Part shown: piece after piece, positions 26,561 through 39,780 of the stretch
Position numbering within the stretch: the stretch's first letter is position 1
How the letters are laid out: each line of letters begins with the position of its first letter
Assembly: GCA_016748015.1 (NCBI GenBank)
Contig: JAAOMT010000054.1
Span: 142,499-206,498, forward strand
Source: Geosiphon pyriformis uo1
Taxonomy: Eukaryota; Fungi; Glomeromycota
Direction: 5' to 3'
Length of the DNA: 64,000 nt
The notes under the pieces: generated by a model
The model's input: only the letters and a program-made list of their open reading frames with translations
What the model was told of the DNA's origin: nothing
Database searches by the model: none
Program-made: the position numbers and the translations under genes

Positions 26561-27224
26561 GTACCTACTGATGCCAAAGAGTGCCATTTTTGTTACCAAG
26601 TAGGGCATTTGGTTTCCAAATGTCCAACTCTACAAAGAAAAAAAGAGAGGGATATCAAGAAAGTTACTAACAATATTAGATTGGCAAAACTGTATGTTAA
26701 AAGAAATGTTCTAAAGGAAAATGTCAAGGCTTTTGGTGGAAAATCATATGCTGAAATGGCTGCACTCAGACTGTCTTATAATTTGAACAGCTCAAATTCA
26801 AACAAATCCCAAAAACCTGGTTCACAAGTAAACAATAAAGAAAACCAACTGAAAAAAGGAGGAGTCAACCAACTATAAAAGGCTGAAATTAATAAGTTAA
26901 GACTACAGATTAATGAAATGGCCAAACTGCTAAGTGCAGTAGCTGCCAAACTTGGGGTAACAGTAGAAAAAGAAAAGGACATAATGGTCACTTAGCAGCA
27001 AAGTCACAATACAAAGGAAAAAAAAAAGATGGAAAGTAAGGTACCAAGCCAGAATACTACATCCAAGTCTAACTTGGCAGAGAAAAATGAGGCATACAAC
27101 CCAAAAAAGGAAATCAAGGAAATTAAAAAATCATTAAAACCCATTCTGGAATTACTAAAGCAAGTAAAAAAACAGAGTGGCTGGAGCAGTTCTACTGCTG
27201 GAAAAACTAAATTTATGGAAACAG

Positions 27225-30189
27225 ATGATGTATAGCACATCTAATTCTAACACAGAACAAAACCATCTCAATAACAATACTTGGAAAATTGGTATTATTA
27301 ATGTTAGAGAACTTAATAATCTTGGCAAAGCTGAAGAGATACTACAATGGTGTATTGAAGAACAATTTGATTTTGTGATTATTATGGAAATTAAATTGAC
27401 TCCACCCAAAAAAAAGAGTGTTTTTTTTGGTTCTAATGAATATTATGCTTTTTGAGAGTCAAGTGCTAAGAAACAAATAAGAACTGGGGTTGGTATACTG
27501 GTCAAAAAATGTTGGATGCATCATGTGGAAACAATTAGAAGATACTGTAGAAGGCTGTTATATTTGGCATTGAAATTTAGGGGTAAAATCAGTATACATA
27601 TAGTTGAGCTGTACATGCCTGCTTCTAAATTGTCTAGAAAGAAAGCAGCAGCCAAAGAAATCAGAAAACTGCTAAAAGACATAGTGCAAAACAAAGAAAT
27701 AATCATAGTAGCAGGTGATTTGAATGAAGATCTAACATCCAAATCACTTGAAGAAACATTTGCTACAAATAGAGTCAAAGAATGTCTTACTGCTATAACA
27801 TTACAACATATGAATTTAGTAGATACATATAGAGTATATACAACAAACAATCCAGAAAAGACATTGGCATTAAATAGAGTACAAAGAAAATTAGACTATG
27901 TGTTTACTAATGCAGTTACAGCCTTACTGGTCACAAACATTGGGGTGATTGATGTTAATAAATCATTTAGCACTGATCACAACAATTATCCAATTTAACA
28001 GAATATTAGCAGACACTAAAAATCTAAATTAGGAAGAAAAAAGAGTAGCACAACCATAATTGATGTTAGAAAAGCATCTGGAGTTCAATGAGAGATCTAT
28101 ACAAAAGAAACTGATCAATTAACAGATGAAGCACAAAGAAAATTGATAGATAACAGCAATGATAATCTAAACCAGATATGGCTTACAATCAAGAAGACTG
28201 TGTTACAAGCTGTTGACTGCCTACCAAAAAGAAAAGTGGAAGCCTGATCTGTACACACAAAAAAAGAATGCTTGGATCACAAGCTTGTAAGAATTGTTGC
28301 TGATATAATCAAACAAATAAGAGTAAACAATGCAGATATGCATAATAACAATATTATACAGCTGTTGGCTAAATGGAAACAGCTGAAACCTGAAGCAGTA
28401 ATTGCATATCTGATGACTCTCCTAAAAGATAAGCTTATTTCAGAATTACTCAGCATCAAGAAAGAATTCAGATCAACATTGCATGCCAAAATCAGACTAC
28501 AACAGCAGAGACAGATAGTGGACAATATCATCAAAAGACAACAAAATTTTGAACTAAACAAAGAAGCTATGATTAAAAGCATTTTAAACAGAAAAAAACA
28601 AAGAATTGTACTAGACCATGTTATTAAAGAAGGAAAATTTCATGATGATTCTGATGAGATTAAAAAGCTAGTAAACAAAAAAGCTCAAGATTGGACTAGG
28701 ACTAGAATTCTTAAACCTAAACTGTGTAAGAGTTGAGAACACAGATTTAAGCCAATTGAGAGCATTTTAGACTATGTCTTTAATAGTGTGATGGCTAAAA
28801 TAATGAATGAGAAATTTGAACACATATTGAGCCATACACCTTATAACAAAGCCCCTGGTCTATCAGGCATTCAAGCTGAACTCTAGAGGAAAGCTGGGCC
28901 TAATACCAAGTCCAAACTGAGAACATTGCTTAATGCTTGCATAGATGCAGCAAACATGTCTGAAGAGTAGAGAATAATACAAGTTATACTGATTCCAAAG
29001 CCAAAAGAATGGGGTGGCAATGTTAACATTACCAGGCCAATCACACTAATTGAAATTACTAGAAAGATTTTAATAAAGATTTTAACTGCAAAAATATCAA
29101 AGGCATGTGAGCTTTATGATGTCTTAAAAAGTTACAACACCTCAATTCTAAAGAATACTTTCACAACAGTGCCAATTCATGTAATTAATGCTGTTGCTGA
29201 GCATGCAAAAAAATTTGGTAATGAGGCTTGGTTTACATTTCATGACATGAAAAAAGCATATAATTCAGTAGGATAGAAACCCATAGAAGCTACACTAAAA
29301 AAAATCAAAATGAACAATAGGTTTACTGAGTTATTTGGCTTGATACACAACAATAAAAGCAATAGGATTATAACTGAGTTTGGTCTAAGTAATAAATATC
29401 AAGTACAAGATGGACTGGATCAGGGGAAAACAAGCTCACCCATTATGTAGAGAATTTTTTATGACCTCTTACTGTGTAAAGTAAAAAAACCAATTATAGT
29501 CAAGAATACAAATTAACAGCTGAATAGAAAAAGTGGGACAATCAACTTGACACATAATCTCTGGCAGTATCAGTAAACCACTTAGCCTTTGTTGATAACA
29601 CAGTGTGGATAGCTAATTCAAAACAAGGAATAAAAAGTATTCTGAACACAGCCAGTTCTTTTTTTAGAATAGTAGATATTGAGATCAACTTAAATAAGAC
29701 TGAAACAATGGTGGTTAGACCTTCTAAAAGGAAATCATTGTTAATTGAGCCACTGAAATTTGGGCCAAATAAACAATCCTTAAAATTGTTAGATCTATCT
29801 ACATGCACCTGATATCTGAGGGTGTGGATCAAAGCAGATGAAAAGAATAAAACTATGCTAAAAATGATAAGATTTGATATTGAAGCAGTGTGTGAAATTA
29901 TTAGGAAAAAACACATCATTGAAAAACAGACAATTTACATTTTCAATAGTGTATTCAGTCCTGCAATAAAATTTAGATCTTAATTGACCCATATTCCAAA
30001 AAGCTGGGCCAGAAAATAGATCTCAAAAATCTTAGCCACTGTAAAGAAAAAAGCAAATCTTTCAGTAGATTTTCCAGCCAGTATCATATATCACTTATCT
30101 TTAAACAATTTGTTTAAAATTGATGATATACAAGCAAAAAGCAAGATTACAGATTTGTTAGTTAGATTGAACAGTAATGATATTGCTGG
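27225..30189 (+). pseudogene. LINE a ORF2: apurinic endonuclease + reverse transcriptase (continues 39272-~39620)
   Basis: INVRELN, VAGDLN, KLDYVF, STDH (APE); KAPG, LIPK, RPITL, DMKKAYNSV, GLDQG, AFVDNT (RT). Confidence 0.92.
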
Positions 30190-30891
30190 TGTTATGGTTG
30201 AAACTTATACTTTTTATTAATTATCACATGTATTAGCCACTAATGTCATATAAATTAGCCACTCTATTTTTAGAAAGTGATCATTGACCTAATCAATAAT
30301 CTGACTGTTAATCTGATTATTGACCTGATCATTGACCTAACCATTGACCTGATCATTGACCACTTTTGACAGCTATATAAGCAATGAATCTCTTAGCTAT
30401 AGAAAAACATGTAAGAATAAAAAAAAATAAAAAAAATAAAATAACAACTTCATCTTAATTCTTCTCTTATCGCTAATTTCTCTTTCCTACTTTCAAGTAT
30501 CTGAACATCTTAAAGATAAAAGATTACTTGTTGGTTATTTCCTACCCTTTTCCTAAACATGTAATTGCAACATTTGGAAATTATTGAATAAAACGTAAGT
30601 GAAGAGCACATCTGATACTTAATATTGAATTCTAAAAGCATTGATGTAAGGCATAGAATTATACCAAGTGTAATCATTTGTTGACAGTACGGACTATCCC
30701 TCTACCTTCAGATTCCCCAGTTATCTTTGAAAAGTATAGCGACTAAGATATTTTATAAGACTGATCTCACACATTGAATCCATACTTATTCAATTCACTC
30801 TTTAAAGTTGAATTCCTTTTTGATTATTTTCATCACCCTACAATTCTGTTCTCTCTTGCTATCCATTAGCTTGTTACTTCAATTTGTAACA
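30190..30891 (+). repeat. 5' LTR of C1
   Basis: TGTTAT...GTAACA; 12-bp array; TATATAA. Confidence 0.95.
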
Positions 30892-32463
30892 TAAAAGTGG
30901 TGTTCCCTGTAAGGTTGTCAAAATCCACTTTGTTTTTTATTGTATGGATGATTATTCATATCTGCCACAACAATCAGAAAAACACTTTAAAGCACACAAC
31001 AAAAATGATCTAGACTTTATTGAACTCAATCTTTTGCTCTTCTGCTTGATTTGCTTCCCCATTGAAAAACAATCCAGCAGACAATTCCAAGACTTTTGGA
31101 ACTGGTTTCTGAACAAGCATTTAGCTGAAATCTACACAGCTTATATAACCTATTACTTTGATCAAGCTTATTTTGAAGATGACTTTGAAGAAAAAAACAA
31201 CAGTATCAATCAGCTCTTATATTCTGCTATCTTTGAACAACAGCCTCCTGATTTTGAATATCTGAATCATCAAATCCACATTTAGATTGTTGCCCATCAA
31301 TTAACAGAAACTTCTCTTGAAACAGAAGAAGAAAGCTATTAAACCACTCCTGTTTTTAATCTCTTTTCAAGTGAATTAGAACACTCTACACAAACAGTTA
31401 TACCTGAATCAATGGCTCAAGACCCTTTACAACAAAACATTCTGATTGCCCTCCAAGATATACAGACTGCTTTAGGGTGAAGAAACAACACCCCATTACC
31501 ATTATTCAGAGGTGATGTCCAAAATCCAATTGAATAGCTGGATGATTTTGAGAGAGCTGCCACAACAAACCAATATGATAATAAATACAAGTTCCAAATT
31601 GTTGGTGGCTACCTACAAGGCTCTCTTGCTACTTGGTTCTTACAAGAAACCAATGCCAATGCTCAGCAAAGAATCATTAGATGGGCACCAGCAAATGCTG
31701 GAGAAGACAACACTTCTTTCACTACCCGGTTTGAAATAAAATTTAGAACTTCTATCTTAATCTCAAAATGGCATATGGAATTAGAAAAAAGAACTCAAGG
31801 CTCTGGTAAGATTGTAACAGAATATGCCATTAAACAAGTAGACTCTAAAAGAAATTAGACAAAAAAGCAGAAAATACATTTCTTTACAAAAGGACTGAGA
31901 ATTAATTTATCATATGCTCTTTGGCCCCTTCTGGTCTTGAAAAATAATCTCACAATGGATATAGCCAAACTTGCTCAGAGAATAGAAGACAATCAAAGAA
32001 TGCACCTAGGATTCACACTTCTAGTTTTTGCTTCTGTTCCTGTTATGGCTCCTGCTTCCCAAATGGCTGCTACCTCTTTTACTGCTCAAACTCAAAACCC
32101 CAATGAATAGTTGATAGATAGACTTATAGCAAATCTTGCTAGGCTATTAGAACCATTAGCTCAAACAGTCAGAAACAATCAGCAATTACAAAAACTCAGA
32201 TTTGAACTCCATTTTAATTAGTCCCAGCAAACTCCTTATCAAAAACAACAAAATTATGACCCACCTGTATGCTATTACTGTAGACTAACTGGACACTTCT
32301 CAAGAGACTGCAACAATCCTCTATTGCCTCTTCCAGTTTCCAGAAACAATGACAATTAAAATAACAGACCCAACAATAATAATGTTTCCAATCAAAGACC
32401 TAATCATGCCAACATCAATTTTTTTGGAGAGGATCCCTTAGTTGAAGCCACTGTTTATCAGCC

Positions 32464-32515
32464 TTTAAACTGGTAGGCACACCTCCAAAGGATGAGAGTA
32501 CAAGCCAACCAGAAG
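32464..32515 (+). promoter_or_regulatory. Putative -1 ribosomal frameshift signal between gag and pol (T TTA AAC + stem-loop)
   Basis: Heptamer is in the gag frame, gag stop follows two codons later, the -1 frame is pol; conserved at 47652-47658(-) and 52649-52655. Confidence 0.8.
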
Positions 32516-35423
32516 AAAACCTTTTTTATGCTTTTAACCTAACTGATGATGATCATAATATGAATGAACTAGCAATTAACACCTCTGAATCAACCAGAAA
32601 GAAGAAAAAAGCCAAGATTGATTTTGTCTTGGACCCAAACAATGCATCCAAATTATCTGCTGATAACAATGAGTTACCAAAGACTAAGATTTTTAAAAAT
32701 CCTCTTAAGTTGGAACCTCCAGAAATTGTACAAAAATCTGGATCCTATTCTGTTGTTAAAGATCTCATGAAAACCCCAGCACACATTACATTTGGCCAAC
32801 TGATGACCTATCCACAGTTCAGAAAAAATCTTTGCAAATCATTGATACCAAAGAAGAAGACACCAAAGACAAACAAATGCCCTCACCAGACTGAACTCGC
32901 TAACAACAGCAATGTTATCTCTCTTATTTGCAAAGCCCAAGTGGCTGGTTATTTTATTGATCTGATCCTGGACAGTAAATCGTCTGTTAGCATCATTGCC
33001 AAACACTTCTTAGAAACAATTAGCAGAAAGATTGATGAACCATCCACAAGACCAATGATCAATATACATGGTAACAAGAAAAAAGACCTAGGCATAGTCA
33101 AAGCTATTCCTGTCTGAATTAATGGCATCAGCATTGAAACTGACATAAAAGTATCTGAAGCAAAAGAATACACCATAATAGTTGGCAATGAATGGCTTAA
33201 GAAAACAAAAGTTTTGCTTAATTATGAACTTTGTGAACTGACCATCAGATGTGGTAAGATACCCATTGTGGTTAAATGTTGTCATTAGACAACCCCTTTA
33301 GTATCCAAACAAAGCCAAGAAAAAAAACAATCAGATAAATCAGATAATGATGAAAGTGATGAAGATAAAGATCAAGAAAAACCAGAAGAAACTGCTGAAC
33401 TCACTTATACCATCTTTATCAGCAATGGTAAGCCACTAGACAATGTTAAAGCTGACAAAAAAAGAATCATGGTAAATGGCAAGCTGATCTGCTGGTCCTA
33501 CTATGATATCCTCAGAAGAATCTTTGACAGAAAACCTAGCAAAAAAGCCAAATACAGTTATTGGTGGCATGGCCTTTGTGCATGGTGCTGGTGCAATAAA
33601 CCTTTGTATTTACCAAGTGATGAATGCAAATCTTGTCTGATCTATTACAAAGATTGGGAACCAATTAGTTTGATACCTTGAAAAGAACTTAAAGAAGTAC
33701 AAAATTTCTTTGAGAATAAACCAACTGAAATCCAATCACTAGTTATAGAACAAAAAGAATCTTCCCCTGAAGAAAAAAAAATGGACATTAAAAATCTGTT
33801 GGCTAGAAATAGCCCAGTTATCTCAAAAGAAGATAACGCCCCTGAACAACTCCATGTGATACAACACATCATTACCACCAAAAAAACTTGTTCCATCTAT
33901 TTGAAGTTTTATCAATCCAATCAACACAATGATGAGTTTATCAAAAAAGAAATAAACCAGATGAAAGATTTTGGATTCATACAAGAAACCAAGAGTGAAT
34001 AAGCTTTCCCAGTTGTAGTGGTATCCAAGAAAGGTGGAACCTTATGCTTCTGTGTTGACTACTGATAATTAAATGCCATCACTATAAAAGACATGTACCC
34101 ACTCCCCAAAATTGATGCAATGCTAGATAAATTCAATGGTGCTGCTTTCTTCTTAACCATTGACTTAACTGCTGAATTCTGGCAAGTAGAGATAGATCCA
34201 AAAAGCAGAAAAAAAACTGCCTTTATCAACAAGTATGGCATCTATGAATTCACAGTCATGCTTTTTAGTCTTACCAATGCTCCTTCCATCTTTCAATGCC
34301 TAATGGATAAAGTGTTTGAATCAGTAAAAAAAAACTTTGTTCTGGTTTACTTGAACAACATAATGGTATATTCAAAAACCTGAGATAAACATCTTGAACA
34401 TTTACAAAAGATTTTTGACCTGCTCAAAAATACTGGCCTTAAGATCAACCCAATCAAATCTTTCTTTGGATGCCAATCCACTCAGTTTCTTGGTTATCTT
34501 ATTACAAAAGATGGAATCTTCTCTAATTTAGCTAAAGTTGAAAAAGTCCAGAATATTAGACAGCCAATGAATGTTCTTGAACTATGCTCTTTCCTTGGTT
34601 TGGTCTCTTACTATTGCAAATTTATTAAGGATTTCTCCAAAATTGCCTTTCCTCTCAACCAGCTACTCAGGAAAAATATCAATTATTACTGGAATACTCA
34701 TCAACAAAAAGCTTTTGAATTTCTAAAGAAAAAACTTGTTACTGAACCAATTCTTAAACAACCTAATCTGAATCAACTTTTTATCCTTCACACTGATACA
34801 TCTGGCTATGAATTTGGTGCTGTTCTTTCACAAAAAGATAAAAATGGCAGAAAACATGCAATAGTATATGCCAGTAGATCCTTTATACCAGCAGAAAAAA
34901 ACTATTCAGTTACTGAACAAGAATGTCTAGCAGTAGTTTGGGCTACTAGCTACTGGGATCAATATCTTCTTGGTGCAAAATTCTTAGTGGTAACATATCA
35001 TTAAGCTTTGATTTGGCTGTGCAAGAAAAAGAAGCTGAAACACAAACAAATAACTTACTGAATACTCTACTTGAATGAATTTGACTATGATATTTAACAC
35101 CACAAAGAAGCAAATCATCAAAACGCTGATGCTCTATCTAGACTTACCATCCAGTAACAGTACAATCTCTCAAACCAAACCAACTTAATTATTAGTAACT
35201 CCTTCATAAACAAACAATAATAGACTTGAACAATTACTCTGTCTTAATAGAATTTTTGGATAAAAGACAATACCCACCAGAATACACTCGACAGCAAAGA
35301 GAACATTTGCACAAACAATCAAATTTCTATTTAATCTACCAGAACCAATTATATAAAAGAAACAAAAAAGATCCTGACTGCCTCCAGAGAGTTATCAGAT
35401 TTGAAGAAAGAAAAATTGTAATA

Positions 35424-36778
35424 CAAAGAGGTATAAAAAGTATTGAACACTTTTATAATATGTTATATAAAAGAACTAACTTATGAATCATTAATTTTTT
35501 ATTATTATATTAAAATACATGTTAGTATTTTGTTTGACCCCTATTTGCTTCAAAAATAGCTTGAACTCAACGTGGCATAGACTTAATCAAATTACGATAG
35601 TAATTTACAGGTATTGCATCTTATTCTTTCTTAACCCACTGTTCCAATTATACAATATTTGAGGGTTGTAAATTACATTGACAAATTTTAACTTCAATAT
35701 ATGACCAAAGATTTTCTATTAGAGTAATATTAGGACTTTGTGCTGGCCAAGAAAGTAATTCAACATTTGAAGAGATAAAAAAAGAACGTGCAACTTTTGA
35801 TGTGTGGATTGGTGTATTGTCTTCCTGAAAAAAAAACTTTTTTTTAGTTTTTTTTGCATAAAGTTTTACCATAGAAATTGCATAATTAGCCAAGATTTTG
35901 CAGTGTATAACTTCAGTAATATAACCAACCAAAGGAACTAAAGGACTCAAACTAACCCATGAAAAAAATCCCCAAAACATATGACCAAAGCTTTTTCTAA
36001 CTGTGGCTGTAATACAATCCTTATGAAACTCTTCGGAAGGTTTACACCATACATGTTCAAATCTTGTAGTCTTAAATTGTGTATATATAGATTCATCTGA
36101 CCAAACAACTTATTTAAAATCTTTTACTGTCCAATTTTCATAAGTACAAGCCCATTGTAAACGTTTTTTTTTATTTGATTTAAAAATTAATGGCTTGAGA
36201 CGAAGAATGCACAAGCAAAGTTCTTCTTGAGCTAATTTATTTTGAATAGTTTGTATAGAAATAGATTTGTTAGTATCTTTAATAAAATTCAATCGTATTT
36301 GAGAAAGAGTTTGGCAGCAGGTTTTTTTATTCTCTATTATTGAATATTTGAGTTGTTTATGTGCGTGTTTGTCAAGAATTTGTGGTCGGCCCGTTCGTTT
36401 TTTAGGAAGTTTTTTTAGCTCATATGACTTTTATACACATATTACAGAAGAACATGAACATTCAATAGTCATGGAAATTTCACTGCTTGTATGTCCTAAC
36501 TTTATTGCTAAAATAATTTCTTCTTTTTGGTATTTAGAAAGTTCTTTTCCAAGACACATTTGATGCAGTAAATTTTTTCATGACAAGAATGTTTGATATT
36601 TTATATATACACATATGATCCACTGTTGTGTTTTACAAAGACACAATTTATGTTGATTTGTAGATTATAACTATAAGTAATTATAAAAAAAATTATGGCT
36701 TAAATTGGTAATAGTATTACTATATATAGCCTTTTTTATATATTATATTAAGTGTTTAATACTTTTTATACTTCTTTG
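35424..36778 (-). mobile_element. Tc1/mariner DNA transposon inside the C1 integrase
   Basis: 29-bp TIRs CAAAGARGTATAAAAAGTATTRAACACTT; TA TSD at 35422-35423 and 36779-36780. Confidence 0.95.
35522..36559 (-). pseudogene. Tc1-type DDE transposase (decayed)
   Basis: VWSDES, FQEDNTPIH, WPAQSPNITLIENLW, SMPR..GQTKY. Confidence 0.92.
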
Positions 36779-38557
36779 TATATAACATGCACACTAACCC
36801 ATTAGCTGGACACTTTGGAAAAACAAAAACAATTCAGAAAATTTTAGCTCATTATTATTGGCCTACCTTGGAAAAGAATATTGCTGAATACATCAAAACC
36901 TGTGACATCTGCCAAAAAAAAAACAAACCCAATCATAAAAAAGATATCCATCCAATTTCTGTTGGTCAACCCTTTAACAAAATTGGTATAGATGTTGTTG
37001 GACTTTTAACAATCACTTCTGATGACAACAGATATATTATCACAGCTACTGACTATCTTACAAAATGGGTAGAAGTAAAAGCTACCCCAAACCAAACAGC
37101 AGTCTTAATAACCAATTTTATTTATGAAGATATCATCTGCCATCATGGCTGCCCCAAAAAACTTTTATCTGATAGCAAAAGAGCTTTTCTCAGTACACTG
37201 GTTGAAGAACTTTGTAGAAAAATGGGAATATGTCATAAACTTTCCTCCCCTTATTACTCCTAAACAAATGGCCTAGTAAAACATTTCAATAGAACATTAT
37301 GTGAAACCTTAGCCAAAACCAGTAAAGAAAAAAACTTATGAAACAAAGTACTGCCTTCAGCTTTGTTTGCTTATAGAACTGTGAATTATGACATAACAAG
37401 TTATGAACTTTTTTATCTGCTCTATAGATGTATGGCAACACTACCAATAGAAATTAATATTGAAACAATACCCTTTGAAGAGATTACAATAGGAAATTAC
37501 AAAAACATTTTGCAAAAAAGACTTGGTACTATTCTTGACTCTTTGGTAGAAACATAAATAATTGTTTTTGAAAAGATAAAACAGTTCCAAAAAAAGCTTA
37601 AAAAAAAGAAAACCGATAAAACACTTTCTTTAAATATAAGTGACTTGGTACTAGAATATCATTCAGATAGAGACAATATTTATGGTGATAAATTCTCTAG
37701 CCAATAGAAAAGACTCTTTATAGTCAACAAAGTTTTGAACAATGGTTCTTATATTCTTCAAGATCAATCTGGAACAATCTTCAATAATCATCCTGTTTAT
37801 GGTACATAACTCAAGAAATATCATAAACGACCTGATTGGCTGCCTGTTGTGGTAATACTGACTTAAATGATCAGCAAAAATCAAGTATAAATAAATGCAT
37901 CATTCTCAAAATAGAGGTATCTTTAATTAACATGAACAATTATTTTCTGGATCAAAACATTTAAAATGCTTTCTATACTCTCCATGAGTATTGAATCAAA
38001 AACTATTCAAATACTACTCTGACCATTGGAAAACAAACCACTATAACTGATAACAGTGGAATACATACTGTTATTAAACCAAAGAAAACTACTACTAGAA
38101 GAGAAAAAATTGGTAGTAAAATGGATAAATATCTGTTAGAAAGTATAATAGTAACTATACTTCCATCTTCTAGCACAATTGGAAAAACACTTCAAGAAAT
38201 CTTACCTATAGACAAAAACTTGTCATATGGAAGGCAATTAAAACTCTATGGTTGTCTTGGTGAAATCATAGAGAATATGAAACTCATGAAAAAAACAACT
38301 TTAGAGATACAGACAGAAATTTTGGGTATTATATAATTAGATGTTCCAAGAGTTTTAACTATTGCTAAAAGAGCCAAAACTTTAATACAAAGATTTGGTC
38401 TCTTGGATACAAAACTCATTTCATTTCAAGTGTTATATATCTTATTCACAAAAGACTTCAACAAACTAGTTAGCTTTGAGTTAGATAAAACCCTTCCAAT
38501 AGATTACACCATAAATAGCTTGATTTTGCCAGAGCTCAATCTCTTTGGAGAGGATGA

Positions 38558-39271
38558 TGTTACAATTGAAACTTATACTTTTTATTAATTATCACATGTA
38601 TTAGCCACTGATGTCATATAAATTAGCCACTCTATTTTTAGAAAGTGATCATTGATCTAATCAATGATCTGATCATTGACCTGATCATTGACCTAATTAT
38701 TGACCTGATTATTGACCTGACCAACGACCTGATTATTGACCACTTTTGACAGCTATATAAATAATAAATTTCTTAGCTGTAGAAAAGCATGTAAGAATAA
38801 AAAAAAATAAAAGAAATAAAATAACAACTTCATCTTAATCCTTTTCTTATTACTAATTTCTTTTTCCTACTTTCAAGTATCTGAACATCTTAAAAATAAA
38901 AGATTACTTGTTGGTTATTTTCTACCCTTTTTCTGAACGTGTAATTGCAACATTTGGAGATTATTGAATAAAATGTGACTGAAAAGCACATCTGATACTT
39001 GATATTGAATTCTAAGAGCACCAATGTAAGGCATAGAATTATACCAAGTATGATTATTTGTTGACAGTATGGACTATTCCTCTACCTTTAGATTCTCCAG
39101 TTATCTTTGAAAAGTATAGTGACTAAAATATTTTATAAGACTGATCTCACACATTGAATCCATACTTATTCAATTCGCTCTTTAAAGTTGAATTCCCTTT
39201 TGATTATTTCTATTATCCTACAATTCTGTTTTCCTTTGCTATCTGTTAGCTTGTTACTCCAACCCATAACA
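38558..39271 (+). repeat. 3' LTR of C1
   Basis: Follows PPT GGAGAGGATGA; ends CATAACA. Confidence 0.95.
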
Positions 39272-39624
39272 CTGAAATGACTACAAAAATCAGATTAGCC
39301 AACTTGCAAACACAAAGATGGTCAGTTTATAGTATATTTGAATATCCCACTAAGGAATGATCTAAGTTAGAGTTTAATTTTATAGCAAATATTATGCAAA
39401 TAATAGAAGAAAAGAGCATCTTATTCAAAAGCTCTAGTAACTTACATGGGATATCTGAATCTTCAAGACTATATGTACACTTAATTGAGACTATTATAGC
39501 TTTAGGTGCAATCTACACTAAAGTTAGAAGCTTACTAAGAAAAGAGAACATTTTGTATTTGCATCAGATACAAAACATGGAGAAAAGTGAGATTGTTTTT
39601 TAGGCTTTTTTGCCTGTTATCACA

Positions 39625-39780
39625 AAATTTATTATGTCTCAAATTTAGAAAAAAGTTTTTTGCCAAAAGATACTTTTAATTATAATACATTTTTATTATT
39701 ATTATAGTTTTTAAAGTGTCTGACAACAATACTAATAGTAAAGTGACAACAATCACAAACAAAAGTACAAACAAAGATAC
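39625..39780 (+). mobile_element. 5' end of LINE copy b (UTR and ORF1 start)
   Basis: Frame SDNNTNSK..NKD joins the reverse complement of 60133 downward (TTKNIDQVERN) through TSD ATAC. Confidence 0.7.

Larger units (their letters stand above)
15408..27235 (+). pseudogene. LINE a ORF1, in two parts (15408-16486 and 26561-27235)
   Basis: RRM-like segments; CHFCYQVGHLVSKC knuckle; homologous to 58039-59690 on the minus strand. Confidence 0.85.
30190..39271 (+). mobile_element. Full-length Gypsy family C copy C1
   Basis: LTRs 30190-30891 and 38558-39271; TSD CTGG/CTGA; PBS at 30898; gag from 30944; pol to stop 35155-35157; integrase 35220-37890; ORF3 37932-38588. Confidence 0.95.
15408..39620 (+). 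mobile_element. LINE copy a (ORF1 + APE-RT ORF2), split by Gypsy D (16487-26560) and C1 (30190-39271)
   Basis: Reading frames rejoin across both insertions (LVYW|VPTDAKECHFC; NDIA|GMTTKIRL). Both ends truncated. Confidence 0.9.
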
